Source: Paramecium tetraurelia
Taxonomy: Eukaryota
Direction of reading: 5' to 3'
NCBI GenBank assembly: GCA_000165425.1
Contig: CT868119.1
Location: 186,001 to 250,000, forward strand
DNA: 64,000 bases
The position numbers and the translations under genes were made by a program. Below the pieces are notes generated by a model that had not been told where the DNA came from, did no database searches, and saw only the letters and a list, made by a program, of their open reading frames with translations. Shown here piece after piece: positions 1-12,519 of this stretch; positions within the stretch are counted from its first letter, which is position 1, and each line of letters opens with the position of its first letter.

Positions 1-28
1 GTTTATAAAATGATTGATAGATTACTAT

Positions 29-825
29 ATGTTCCAAAAATATAAATGCTCTTCACCAGCAATTTTAGGGGATGTCTTTCGTTGTAATACACCAGTCTAA
101 TCTTAACTATCACCTATCGAAAATTAATAAAAAAGTTGTTTTTCACTTTTATCAGACAACTTTGATATTTCTGTTAAAGATGTATCTCGAAAATATAATA
201 ATGTATCTCGACAGTTAAGCATTTAAAAGGAAAATGAAGATGAAATAAATAAAATATAGAGAATTATCAAACAGGAATAAATTATTCTCGAAGAATAAGA
301 AATTTTAAATAAAAAATTGAAAAATATCCGATTTGATACAAACAAAAAATTAGAAGAACTTGATCAATGTAAATCATATTAAAATATTTAAGAATATCTT
401 AAAAGGAGATTAGAAATCATAAAATAATTATAATAATCAATAGGTTAATATATTAGCAACTCTAAAGATATTTAATTTAAAGAGCCTCCATTAAAAAGTG
501 CACTAAAAAAAAAAGAAAATAAAAGATAACATACATAAGATAAATACGAAGATGGATTTAATGATGAAGATTCCTAAGATGATTGGAACTTTATACATTA
601 AGCTAAAATAAACCTTGAAAAATAGCGAACTCATTAAAATACTGATGATGAACGAACTCCCTCCAAAGTTCGATTTGTTAGTACTAGAGATGCTAATTAA
701 AAGAAGAAAATGCGAAAGAGCATTAATCTATCTGATCTAAATGTATTCATAAAATTTAGGCATTGACACAATTAAAAAATCTATCAATAATGCAAATTCA
801 ACAGTATGGCTTATGTTAATGAAGT
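29..825 (+). CDS. Hypothetical protein, coiled-coil/low complexity
   Basis: Code-6 ORF from ATG 29 (MFQKYKCSSPAILGDVFRCNTPVQSQLSPIEN...) stays open to about 740; the 3' end depends on a possible tiny intron. Confidence 0.5.
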
Positions 826-2468
826 CATTACTAAAAGAGAAGGTTTATATTCTATTATTCTTCGTTAAAATTATATTACAAAAGAGTTTCCTACTACTTA
901 TTTCAATCTATATGTTTTATATTTTTCTTGCTATATTTTTAAGTATACTATTTCAACCATTTTCTTACTAATATTTTTGTGAATTACAATTATGATCTTA
1001 GTTTTTGATAAAAATGAATTAAATGTTGATATATTTCTTGGATATAAATATCAACACTTTCTTTTATGAATGATTTCTTTCAGAAGCATAGAGAATGATT
1101 GTGGATTTAACATAGTTGCCCTTAGGTATTAAATGAACACCTATAAGATAAATTCTTCAATTTATTATTTTTCTCGATTTATGTTTTGTAGTTTATACCT
1201 TAAAGAACCTTTATGATAAAGAAAAGCATAATATTATTAACCTATTTTTTAAGCAGCTATTATTATACTCCTAAATTTTATTCTTCCTTTTAGAAACGAA
1301 GAGCATGATTCTGATGAAAATAATCGCTTTAATTTAAATTCCTGTGAATAAAATAAAGAATCAAAGACTTGAAAAATTCAGCAAAACAAACTAATTTTCG
1401 AAGTAAAATTTTTATGCTTCTGAAACTTAAATTATACAAATATGGTCAAGTTAGCCTAAAGGAGGATTTTTAATATAAAATTTTTATTAATAATTATAAT
1501 TCCTATAAAAAGACATAATTTCTGGAATATATACAAAGTATCATCATCCATAGGACGAGAGGTGATGATAACTATTGTCTTTTAAGTTTTAAAAGTAACA
1601 GAGGGATTGAAAAAAAGAAACCATTCAATTTTAATAAATAGATCAACATTACGATATCACTCCTATTTATGTCAATAGAAATAAATTTATTAATTGATCA
1701 ATCTCAAGCTGTTCGATAGCCGTACTTTCCATACTTTAGACTTACTTAAACTTATATTTTGAAACTATGCAAAACAAAGGTTTAATTCCCATTTCATAGT
1801 TTATGAAAGTTTTATAAATCTTACATAAACTTGAAACTAAGCAACTAATATCTAATAATAATTTAATGATTACCGAAGTAGGCAAGATTATCATCCAATA
1901 TTTCCAAAAAATCTTATAGTAAAAAGCTAGAAGCTGTGCAGAAATTCAATATAACCCGTAATTTCCTTTAAAATCATCTTTCATTTTCTACAAAATAAAA
2001 TTTAAGACTTGTCTAATAGAACAGAATTGTAGTATGAAGTTAATAGATAAAGTTTTTATTATATTTATACTATTTCTTAAAAATTTTCTTCTTATTCTAA
2101 TAATTTGAAAATGCTTTAGTTTATAAAAATGTTAACAGGTTTAATTCAATATTTGATTTTATCCTTTTGAGTAATTGTTTCTATTCAACAATATTTTTAG
2201 AAAATCTTCTATAAATATTAATTATTTTAAATAAGAAAATGTGGGAATTTTTAACTTATATTATAATGCTTGCCATTATGGGGGAGATTTTAAATTGTAA
2301 TTAATTGATTGCTCAAAGTTTAAAATCATGTGAAAACATAATGTTTAACTAAAATACTTGAGATTGAATATATTAAATTTCTTAGTCTTCTTCTCATTAT
2401 AAAAATTAATTTTCCTTTGTAAATTTTTCACAAATAAAATAGAGTTAACAATTTTAGGCATACAGGTG

Positions 2469-2618
2469 NNNNNNNNNNNNNNNNNNNNNNNNNNNNNNNN
2501 NNNNNNNNNNNNNNNNNNNNNNNNNNNNNNNNNNNNNNNNNNNNNNNNNNNNNNNNNNNNNNNNNNNNNNNNNNNNNNNNNNNNNNNNNNNNNNNNNNNN
2601 NNNNNNNNNNNNNNNNNN
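2469..2618. other. Assembly gap (150 N)
   Basis: Run of 150 N. Confidence 0.99.
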
Positions 2619-2622
2619 GAAG

Positions 2623-2737
2623 CCCAACCCCAAACCCAACCCCAACCCCAAACCCCAACCCCTATCCCAAACCCAAACCCAAACCCAAACCCAAACCCAA
2701 ACCCAAACCCAACCCCAAACCCAAACCCAAACCCAAA
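2623..2737 (+). repeat. Telomeric repeat tract (CCCAAA/CCCCAA mix), left end of a macronuclear chromosome
   Basis: Tandem C3A3 and C4A2 units right after the gap, the C-rich strand of Paramecium-type T2G4/T3G3 telomeres. Confidence 0.95.
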
Positions 2738-3163
2738 TTCAAAAGTTTTATAAATATCATTATAACTATCCCAACCATCTTCTTCTTGTACTATATCTAC
2801 TTCTCCTCTTCTTTAATAATTATTTTAACTAAAATTTTAGCCATATTTTTAAGCCTCATTTTATCCTTTCGGCTCTATCATGTTCTTTTTCATAGATTTT
2901 TCTCTATTTTATGAGAATAGTCGTTTTAATTAATCATTTCCCAACTACCCTCTGAAATTTTCCCTTTTGTTTCTGCACATGTACACTTGCTCTGATTATC
3001 TATTAGTATTATTTTATGACACCAAGTTATTTTCTACTTCCTAATTTAGCAATTCAGGGGGTTTGTTTACTATCAAATATTCCCCACTATGAATCTCAAA
3101 ACTCGATTAGAATATAATGTTGTAAAACAGAGAGAATTTCCTCATAAAGGAGAAATATAACAT
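2738..3163 (-). pseudogene. ORF truncated by telomere addition (hypothetical protein)
   Basis: Minus-strand code-6 ORF (MLYFSFMRKFSLFYNIIFQSSFEIHSGEY...RRGEVDIVQEEDGWDSYNDIYKTFE) runs into TTTGGG repeats with no TGA. Confidence 0.55.
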
Positions 3164-3255
3164 AATTTTCAATCACCATTGTTTCAACAAAAACTTTAAA
3201 TCAAAATCAATAATTACATGAATATTTCGATTATTAGTTTTTAAATATTTCATTA

Positions 3256-4928
3256 ATGATTTTTGTTTAATTGTTTTTTTTAGCCGTGAATGCCATAATG
3301 CCAATGCCTAACTCAATAATATAAGGTTATTAAACAGCCAGAATTTCTAGCATATGCTAAGTCAAATTTTTTTCAAATTAAGAATTTCCAGATCATGTAA
3401 TATAACTATTACTTCATTATCATGAATTAATAACCTAAGATGAAGATTGTGAATTTGAGGAATCTATTTAGAATACTAATATAAAAATTGAAGGAGCTCT
3501 AAAGTTTGAGATTAGTATAGAAAATTATGAGCAATTATATTGGGTTACAAGTACAAAAGAAGAAGCTTATGAATTACAAATAGATGAAAACTTAAATGTG
3601 AAGATATAGGCAAAGAATCATTGGGGTTTAGCTAGAGCTCTTGATACCGTAAATCAATTAGCAATAAATAATGAAATTTAGAATGTAATGTAAATACATA
3701 TGATATTAGTTACCAATCTAAATAAGTGATGAACCATAGTATGTTCATAGAGGAATAATGATAGACACAGCCAGAAACTATTTACCTGTAAAATTAATTA
3801 AGAGAACTATTGATGCTTTGGTAATTAATAAATTAAATGTATTGCATTGGCATATTACCGATGATGAAAGCTTTCCATTACTTCTAAGTAAATATAGTTA
3901 AATAACTAATAATTCTAAATTTTGGAAGGATGGGTTTTTTACAAAAAAAGATGTATAAGAAATTATAGAATATGCATCAATTAGAGCAGTTTAAATCATA
4001 CCTGAAATAGATACACCAGCACATGTACATTCTTGGGGAATATCTCCAGATTTATAATCAATTGTGATTACATGTGATACTAATATCAGATAATATGGTT
4101 AATTAGATCCAACTTTAGATTAAACATATGAAGTCTTAACTTCTATCTTATAAGATTTAAATGATATGTTTGATAAAGTATAATTCATTCATTTTGGTGG
4201 TGATGAAGCTAGTAATTAATGTTTTGAATAAAAACCATCAATTAAAGAATTCATGAATCAACATGGAATTTCCAATTATTTTGATCTTTAAGTTTATTAT
4301 AGAAAAAAATAAAAAGATATTTGGAAAAATTAAATTAAATCTAAAAAGAAAATTATTTATTGGTATAACAAAAATGATTAGCTTCCTGCAGATTAAGATG
4401 ACATTATTTAATGGTGGGGTCTTTCCTCTTAGCTTAGCGAAGTAAAAGGTAGGTCTAATTAATTCATACTAAGCGATTATCATCCCTTATATTTGGACAC
4501 TGGAGTTGGAAATGCTTTTGGGGATAGATATGATAGATATCAAGCCTGGAAAGATGTTTATAAATGGAGACCAAGTATTCCACGTAATTTTGAAGGAACT
4601 ATATTGGGGGGTGAAAGTCTACTTTGGGGTGAAACTAATAATTAAAATACTCACTTTTAAAAATTATTTTTAAGATCTTCAATTTTAGCTGACACGTAAA
4701 TAAAATTTATAGAATAGTCTATGGAACCCAGACTAAAAGCAAGATGAATTGTTTCCAAAATTCACAAAGAGATTGAGCGACATGGAAGATAGAATGAACA
4801 AGTATGGTTTTCCTGTCTCTCCTTTTACTCATAGTTATTGTAAAAGACAGCTAGATTTATGTTTTCCAGAGCTTTATTCAACAAAATTAAAATTGTTCTT
4901 CATGTTTGTTTTATTTTATTCAATATGA
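3256..4928 (+). CDS. Beta-N-acetylhexosaminidase (GH20) with signal peptide and hydrophobic C-terminus
   Basis: Motifs [45 protein letters not shown] (catalytic DE), [11 protein letters not shown]; two tiny introns. Confidence 0.93.
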
Positions 4929-5345
4929 AACTGTGTTTGAATATATAAATAATTTATTTTATGTATGTTTTGATAAAGGGAAAATTGATTTTATTCTAAA
5001 AACTATTGAGGTCGAGTATTTTATTAAAAATTAATGAAAGATTGTTCGATTTTCATTTTTTATTATACTTACTGATATATTAAAATATATTTATTTTTTA
5101 ATCAATTATTTATACTAAAAACACTTGACCGCAATTCCAATTATTTAGAGGCTAAAATTTAAGTATTATTGTAATATTTTCCCTTACGATATTAATATTA
5201 TATGCAATAGTCAAAGAAAAAAGATGCGAATTATTTTATTTTACATTATTGAAATGAGTTAAACATGATCTAGATAAAGTTTCAAAAGCTTTAGGTAGTG
5301 CTCATCTTCTCGTTTTCATGGTTTTAGAGCATTCATCTTTTTGTT

Positions 5346-5495
5346 NNNNNNNNNNNNNNNNNNNNNNNNNNNNNNNNNNNNNNNNNNNNNNNNNNNNNNN
5401 NNNNNNNNNNNNNNNNNNNNNNNNNNNNNNNNNNNNNNNNNNNNNNNNNNNNNNNNNNNNNNNNNNNNNNNNNNNNNNNNNNNNNNNNNNNNNNN
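5346..5495. other. Assembly gap (150 N placeholder)
   Basis: Run of 150 N; the gene resuming afterwards lacks over 1 kb of its 5' part relative to its paralog. Confidence 0.99.
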
Positions 5496-6005
5496 GCGAT
5501 TATGATCCATTATCACTAGATATTGGTATAGGAGATTCTTATGGAGATGTAGATGATTTTTATTTGAGTTGGAAGGATGTTTATAGTTGGGTTCCAAAGT
5601 TGCCAGATGACTATAAAGGATAAATTTTAGGAGCTGAAGCACTCTTGTGGGGATATACAAATAATCGAAATACACATTTTTAAAAATTATTCTTAAGATC
5701 GTCAATTTTAGGGGATATGTATATTTATTTTTATCAAACTAGTTTATGGAATTCAAATTCAAAATAATCAGAATACTTTTGGTTTTTTACTTAAAGGCTT
5801 AGTGAAATGGAAGATAGAATGAACAAATATAAATTTCCTGTGACACCATTTACTAGCGGCTATTGTAAAAGTTAAACTTAAGTGTGCTTTCCATATTTTT
5901 ATAAAATATAATAAAACGAAACTGCCAAAAATTGATAATTTTGATATTATTTTATTGATATCAGTATTTAAATTTAACATTCAATGTTTTATATTTTTCT
6001 CTTGA
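5496..6005 (+). CDS. Second GH20 hexosaminidase, 3' part only (tandem paralog)
   Basis: [51 protein letters not shown] aligns with the upstream copy and has the intron at the same position. Confidence 0.85.
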
Positions 6006-6457
6006 TATGCTTTTGTTGTTTTGATAATTTGTTTAAAAACTTTTTTATTCACTTCTTAATCAGACCCTCTCTATTTCAAATGGTTGAGATTATACAAAAT
6101 ATTTAATTTTTAAATAGTTTCTAAAAGATATTTTCTCATTTGTTTTCAAACTTAGTTTAATTTAATACTATTTTATGTGTTACATAATCTTTCTTAATCA
6201 TTCTCTAAATATGCAGTAAATTTAATTTTAGATATGATTTAGATAGAAACATTATATTTAAGAATCTATGATAATCAATGACCTAAATTCTGGAATTATT
6301 AAAATATTTAATGATTAATTATTATAATAAGATTGTTATTAAGAATGATGATATCACCAAAAAAGCCATTATTAGCTTTGCATATATTCCTAAAGATTTC
6401 AATAACTGTAAAAAAAATTTAAATTGCACAATAATTAAATGAATATATATAAATGGG

Positions 6458-9313
6458 TCATATTTATTATAAATTTTTTTTCTAAAATTCTCTAAGAATC
6501 GAAAAATATTAATATGATTGTTCTTTGGTTCCACCAAATTTTCCAGGAAATCCTGCGTATCTTATTTTAGCATTTCTAAATAATTCATCATCTGAATAAC
6601 CCTATTCAATATTTTATAAGACAAATCCATGAAATCCTCTTGGGTAGAGATCTTACCAATTATGTAAATGTTTTCTAAAAACAACAGTTTCCATCGGTTA
6701 TAAATAAAATGGGCATTGTTTTGCCATGCAACAATTTTTGGTCATTCCTATGGCTTCATTAAAGACAATCTATTGGAAATTTACTCCTTTTTTTTAACAT
6801 TCCTCGATTAACTCTTGTTTTGTGAATGGAGGAATAATTAAATGAGTATCTAAATAAATCTATAAGTATTTCTCCTCCATTTACTATCTTAAATAATCTA
6901 AGTTACTATATTGCTATTCATTAAGAGTAATTAATTTATTGATTTAATCATCAGCAGTAAAATCTATTGGTTTAGTCAGAACTTCATGTTAATTGTTATT
7001 GAATACATGATTAAAATAATACTTGTACTAGTTGATGTCAAATTATTTTTTTAAAACTAATTAGTAAAGACTTTCAATTGATTTCAAATTAAATTTTGAG
7101 TCAATGTTATAAAGTATATCATCATTAATTTTAATGGAAGAATCTATTTAAAAGACTGACTCTTTTATGGCTTACTTAAAATTTTTTTGTAAAGAATTTC
7201 TAAAATCTTTTAAATACAAACATTTTGAGAAATATTTTTCAAGATATTCTTTTTATTTTATTTCACCTTCCTTGCTTAATTGGGTCTTAAAGCAATTATT
7301 TTTTATTTAAGGACTTCTGGAGTAAACTATAAAAATACTATAGACAATTAGGTCTTTAATATATTTCTCAAAGTCTTAAATCTATATCAATCCGCTTCTA
7401 AATGCATAAAATATATAGATTATAGCTTTTGGTAAAGAAATAAACTGTTCATATTCTTAATCTTTTTCCATCAATGCCAAATTTGTTTTATTAATTATTT
7501 TATTTAAATAATCTTCAAATTATTTAGTTCCACTATAAACAATTTTAATAGTGTTATAAATCAATTCTAAATGTTCAAATTTCCATTAACTATCTGGTTC
7601 TTATAAAATATATGTTAGAGAGTTAGCCAACAATGCTAAATATGATTCTTCATAAAGTGTATCTACATTTTACTATACCATAAAGGTCATGAGTAACTTA
7701 ATAATTCTTGATCTTAAAATTGGTTATAAATCTTGATCTGTTTCATTGAACAAAGGAAGTATACAATTTATTTCTTCCGGTTATTAACCTCCTACATTTA
7801 ATTGAATCTAAAAATTATTCTTAATCAAATAACCAGAGTCTATAACTTTATTTTGCTTTGCAAAATTTATTACATTTACCAACCATGGATTTACTTGAGA
7901 TCCTTCCAATCTTTTGACTTTTATACCTTAACCAATCAAAGGGAAGGTTTCTACAAAGTCATATTGAGATTTAATGTATTTCATTGATTCCTCCATTTAA
8001 GCATGATCCCTTAATATATCTCTAAAATTCTCAAGTGTAATAACTGATCTTTCTTATCCCTGATCATTTTACTAGTTAAATTATGTATTTTTAACGATGT
8101 TGATGAATTCTTATTTAATAATTTAAAATTCTTCTATAGTGATTCCTTTTAGAGCTAAAGCTTTTTACAAATGCTTTCCTGTAATTGTGCCAATCATCAA
8201 TCTTTTTGCTTATTCAAATTCGCTCAATTATTTTGGATTTACTCCTTTCATTAGAGCCTCAATCTCATTGATAAAATATAAAATTTTTGTGCAATACTTA
8301 TAAACAAAACCCTCCTTCACTCTAACGTGGAATGATTTATCGGAGTTCAGGATATCATTCTAAGAAACTGATAATATGTCAAATCCTAATTTTGCATTAA
8401 GGTGTCCAACGATTCTCTTCATAATATCTAAGCATTATTAGCATTATCCAGGTAACTCTTGTTTTTATTGAATGATTTTGAGTTATAGATTTTAAACCCA
8501 TGATCTGAAAATATCAATAGCATCTTCAATAGTGATTTAATCTTCTTTTATGCTTTCCAATTAAATACTCAATCCATTACTAATTATTTTAAGATCATTT
8601 TTATAACATATACACCATTAACCTTCGAATACTTCTTTAGTGATTTACTCATCATAAGGGTACAAATTGACATATTAATTTAGCTACAAAACTCTTGCAG
8701 GGTAGAAATATTATTTCATAGTTTCAAACTTATTAAAAAAGGCCTATTCACTTGAGTATTCAATTAAATAGATAGCAGGTATTTGAGGATCTCCTCTATG
8801 ATAAAGTTCTCTTAAATTCATTGCTAGATTAGTGGGAAAGCCTTTTTCTACTCCTAAGCATATGAAATTAATGCGGTGATTCAACAAATTACCTTTGAGT
8901 TGATTTTTCATTCTGGTATCCAAAGTTTTTACTGAATTATCCTACCCATCACTAATGAAGATCACAGTTACATTATTCTGTGTAGGAACATTAGCTAATT
9001 ATTTTTCAAATTCAACGAAAGCAGGAACGATTTCAGTTCCACCACCTCCATGTTTTCCAATATCTAAATTTAGTTCTTTATTATCTTTCAATACGGTTGG
9101 GTTATTTGAGAATGTAATTGCGATCAAATTATCCTTAGGAATACTCTTGTTCCAGAAATTAGCCAACCATGCCCAACAATTACTCATAGAACCTGAAGCA
9201 TCAATTACTCCAATAATTGTTAGATCTCCTTTATTAATTGTTGCTGTTTTCTCATTCTTTGTTAATTCCTCTAGAAAAGGAATTTTGTATAGATTCATAT
9301 TACTCTAATCCAT
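6458..9313 (-). CDS. Large protein (about 950 aa) with N-terminal von Willebrand factor A domain
   Basis: IIGVIDASGSM (MIDAS DxSxS), GGGGTEIVPAF and VTVIFISDGQD; long code-6 ORF with a Cys/His cluster (CCMAKQCPFY..RKHLHNW) near the C-terminus. Confidence 0.8.
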
Positions 9314-9465
9314 TTAAAATATATATGACTTATGAAAAATTTTTATTACTTTTAAAGCAAGAATTAATTCTTTCATAATGATAAATTATTTATTATCATT
9401 ATTATAATAATTATTATAATGCTGTGATATCCATTTATAAATTCATTATTTTATCTTATATAACT

Positions 9466-10448
9466 TCATCTAACAAGCTTTACACAATTTTATTTGATTG
9501 ATTTGGCTTAGATTCCTCCTTTTATTAAATCAATTTGAGTTCTTTTAACTTTTTTTATTTCTAGCTTATCATATCAGCAATTTCATGATTTGGTTCAAAG
9601 AATTCCTAATCTGAATATGTTGAATAAAAGTTTGATTAAGCTTTATATGAATTCTATTTAATTGAATCATTTTCATTTCTGAGAAACTAATTTTCCATAA
9701 TTAGTTAATTCACTATATTGTCTAAGCTTAAAATTTATTGAGTCAGCTATTGATTGGCTTAATAGGTATCTTTATTGTCATTCAAAAGCCGAGCAATTTA
9801 GGTATCTTAATATATGCATTTTTCTTCAAAATCCTTCAATTATTATTTTAGTTATTCTTATTCATTCATTTGTAATTTAAAATTCTAACATTTTATTATG
9901 TTTTATTTATTATATATAAATATTAACTCTTGATATTCAAAGCTTTGATTAAAGTGAATTAAAAAAGAAGTAAGCTTTGAAAAATCTAAACTAATATAAT
10001 TATAAGCTAAGGTAAGCATTATTGAATGTAACCAGTGAATTTATAAACAAAACATAATATATATATATAATACTCATTGTTCTGTTTTGAGTCTTCTGGA
10101 TACCTTCATTTCGTTGTAAAAATGACTTTTTGGTTACTCTTGTCTTAGTTTTTATACAATATTTCTAATTTTTTCTTTGGAAGGTTGGCTTTGTGATTTA
10201 ACTGATTGATTTATTTCGCCCTCTTCATGTTGGATTACTTTGAGCTTTTTAATTTGATTAGTGAAAGTTAACATTTTGGTTTCTAAACGTGGTGATATTT
10301 AAATATAGTAGTCTTCTTTGGATGATTCAGTTTTAAGGCTTTTTGGTGAATCTGTATGGTTAATCAAACTATTGTTAAGTGATTTTTTCAAATTGTTGCT
10401 TTTCTTCATCATAGTTAAATTCATTGAGTTTTTAATACTATATGACAT
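9466..10448 (-). CDS. Hypothetical coiled-coil protein
   Basis: Code-6 ORF MSYSIKNSMNLTMMKKSNNLKKS..., Q/E/K-rich, with tiny introns. Confidence 0.55.
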
Positions 10449-11287
10449 TTAAGGTTTAAATCTTGTTTATTTTTAATTAATTATTAATCTGTTTAAATTG
10501 GCTATTCTTCCCTTATTAATTTAAGTTTATTTAATGAATCTAGTATTTTTATATGCATTTTGAATTTATATAGTTTAGATTTTGCATATTTGTAAAATAT
10601 AAGAATCAATTAGCGCAAAATTAATTAATAAAAATGGAACTAATTTTTCAAAATTAAGGTTCAATATCCAATTCCTACTTAGTAAAAGGTATTTAAATCA
10701 AAAATTACATATAATGTATCTTTGTTTTGAGAATTTTAAGTATAATAAAATATATTCAATAGTGAAAAAGATTAACTTCAGAATGCATTATATTAAAACT
10801 CTTAGAATGAAAATTTTCGGATATTTTAAAATAAAAATGGAAATGATTTCTCGTTTTATTGTTGAGGTTTTCATTATAATTTAACAGAATTAACTTTGAG
10901 ATTCATCAATTCGATCCTTTTATTTTTATAGTGAATTGGAAGAATTAAACATTCCTCATATTGAAGGTTATCATTTGCGGTCAGCTTTTGGAATAATCAA
11001 TTTACTGGAATAATAATATTCCTTATAAAAAAAAATTGAAAATTTATCAGAAAGAAAAATTTCAAAGGATGAGAAGTAGTAATCAAATTTCGATTTGAAT
11101 ACCTAACATCACTTTAACTATTCTTTTTCTAAAGGAAATCTGTATTTAATTTCTTCTAATTGCATTTTTGATGATAAGTAACATTTAACAATGAAATTGA
11201 TATCAATAATAATTATAAAGGTACTTGACAAGCATAAATTAACAATAGCTATTAAAATTAATATTCATTTCCTTGTAATTGGTTTAT

Positions 11288-12340
11288 TCATAATTCTTGT
11301 AAGACATCGCTTCTAATATGTCTAAATTAACCAGGATCAGTGTATTTAGAATGTAAAGTGTAGACACCATCTAGATTACATATTTTATAAAATTTTACCT
11401 CCTAAAGGCAAACTGGTAGCAATATCATGTGGATGTACTTAACTAGCATTCTTTTTATAATTTTCCATACTGCTTTATCTTAAGTTATTTTAGGCAGTCG
11501 TCAATCCTGCATCTCCACAATGAATCCATTACCTTTATACTTGAGTATTCTCTTTTGGATCGATGGCTAAAATTAGATATAGGATTATACAGTTTCTGTA
11601 TTTTTCTCCTGTAATAACCGAAGTCATTTTCAAGCCTTAATCAAAGGGATCTCTTTCTCTACAACCAGCTGCTTATGGCTTCTTCTTTTTATCAGTCAGA
11701 ATTTCTGCCACATTATTTTCAGGTTGTTAAAAGGATTATTAGTATGTAGTAATGGCATAAAATTTATTATGTTATTCGGGATGGTTTTGGAATGTGGAAC
11801 CAAAATCTGTATAATTTTGATGTACTGCTCGATCCACCAATATTTAATGCATATTTGTTTGGTCTAATTATTTAATTGATTTAGCTCCTGAAGTTTATGC
11901 AACTGTTGTATTACATTCTGGGAAGCTAACCTTATCACCATTTGTTTTAATCAAAGATCTGCAATCTCCTAATTACATGTTCTGAATATTTTTAGCATCA
12001 AACTTTGTTTAGAATTCAGTTCTAAATTCTCTCTGTTGAATTATTTATATAATTATACATATCCATCATCTGGCACTATGATCTCTTTAGTAATATATGG
12101 TGGATTGGCGATTCACTCTTGGCAAAGGAAGTAAACATCCATTATCTCCTGGAATGGAAATGCCTTCCTCAACTCCTCTTAACTGAATATATGTTAAAAT
12201 CTATTACTGATTTTGTAGCATTAGGATCTCTCTGTAATTATTGAGGGGCCAATCTGTCTTCATACCAGTTGCCTAAATTATCTTTACAAAATACCCATTA
12301 AAGCAGTTTTACTAAATTCAACTTCATTTGGCCTTCTCAT
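11288..12340 (-). CDS. Ciliary microtubule inner protein, CFAP95/C9orf135-like (NWE motif)
   Basis: After splicing, N-terminus MRRPNEVEFSKNCFNGNWYEDRL; internal DFGSTFQNHPEQHNKFYAITTYQQSF resembles the CFAP95 FG..F..HP......TTY motif. Confidence 0.55.
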
Positions 12341-12519
12341 TGATACTATTAATTTATTTATATATTGAAAATATATTAGATCTGGCGTAATGAAATATAA
12401 TCAATTGAGTTTTTATTATCATAAGCTTTACACCTATATTATGCAACTATATTTCAATAGATAGATACTAGATTATTCAAATAAATAAAATAAGTTACAA
12501 ACTGTTTAATAAATAAAAA

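Noticed and set aside
830..2468. Possible gene or transposon remnant before the gap
   Set aside because: Only short open stretches; no recognisable motif, terminal repeat or transposase signature.
2428..2753. ORF-track entries with GF/GL and PN repeats
   Set aside because: Translations of the N gap and telomeric repeats, not genes.
10634..11260. Possible plus-strand hypothetical gene
   Set aside because: Open stretches exist, but I could not build a consistent start/intron/stop model or find a motif.
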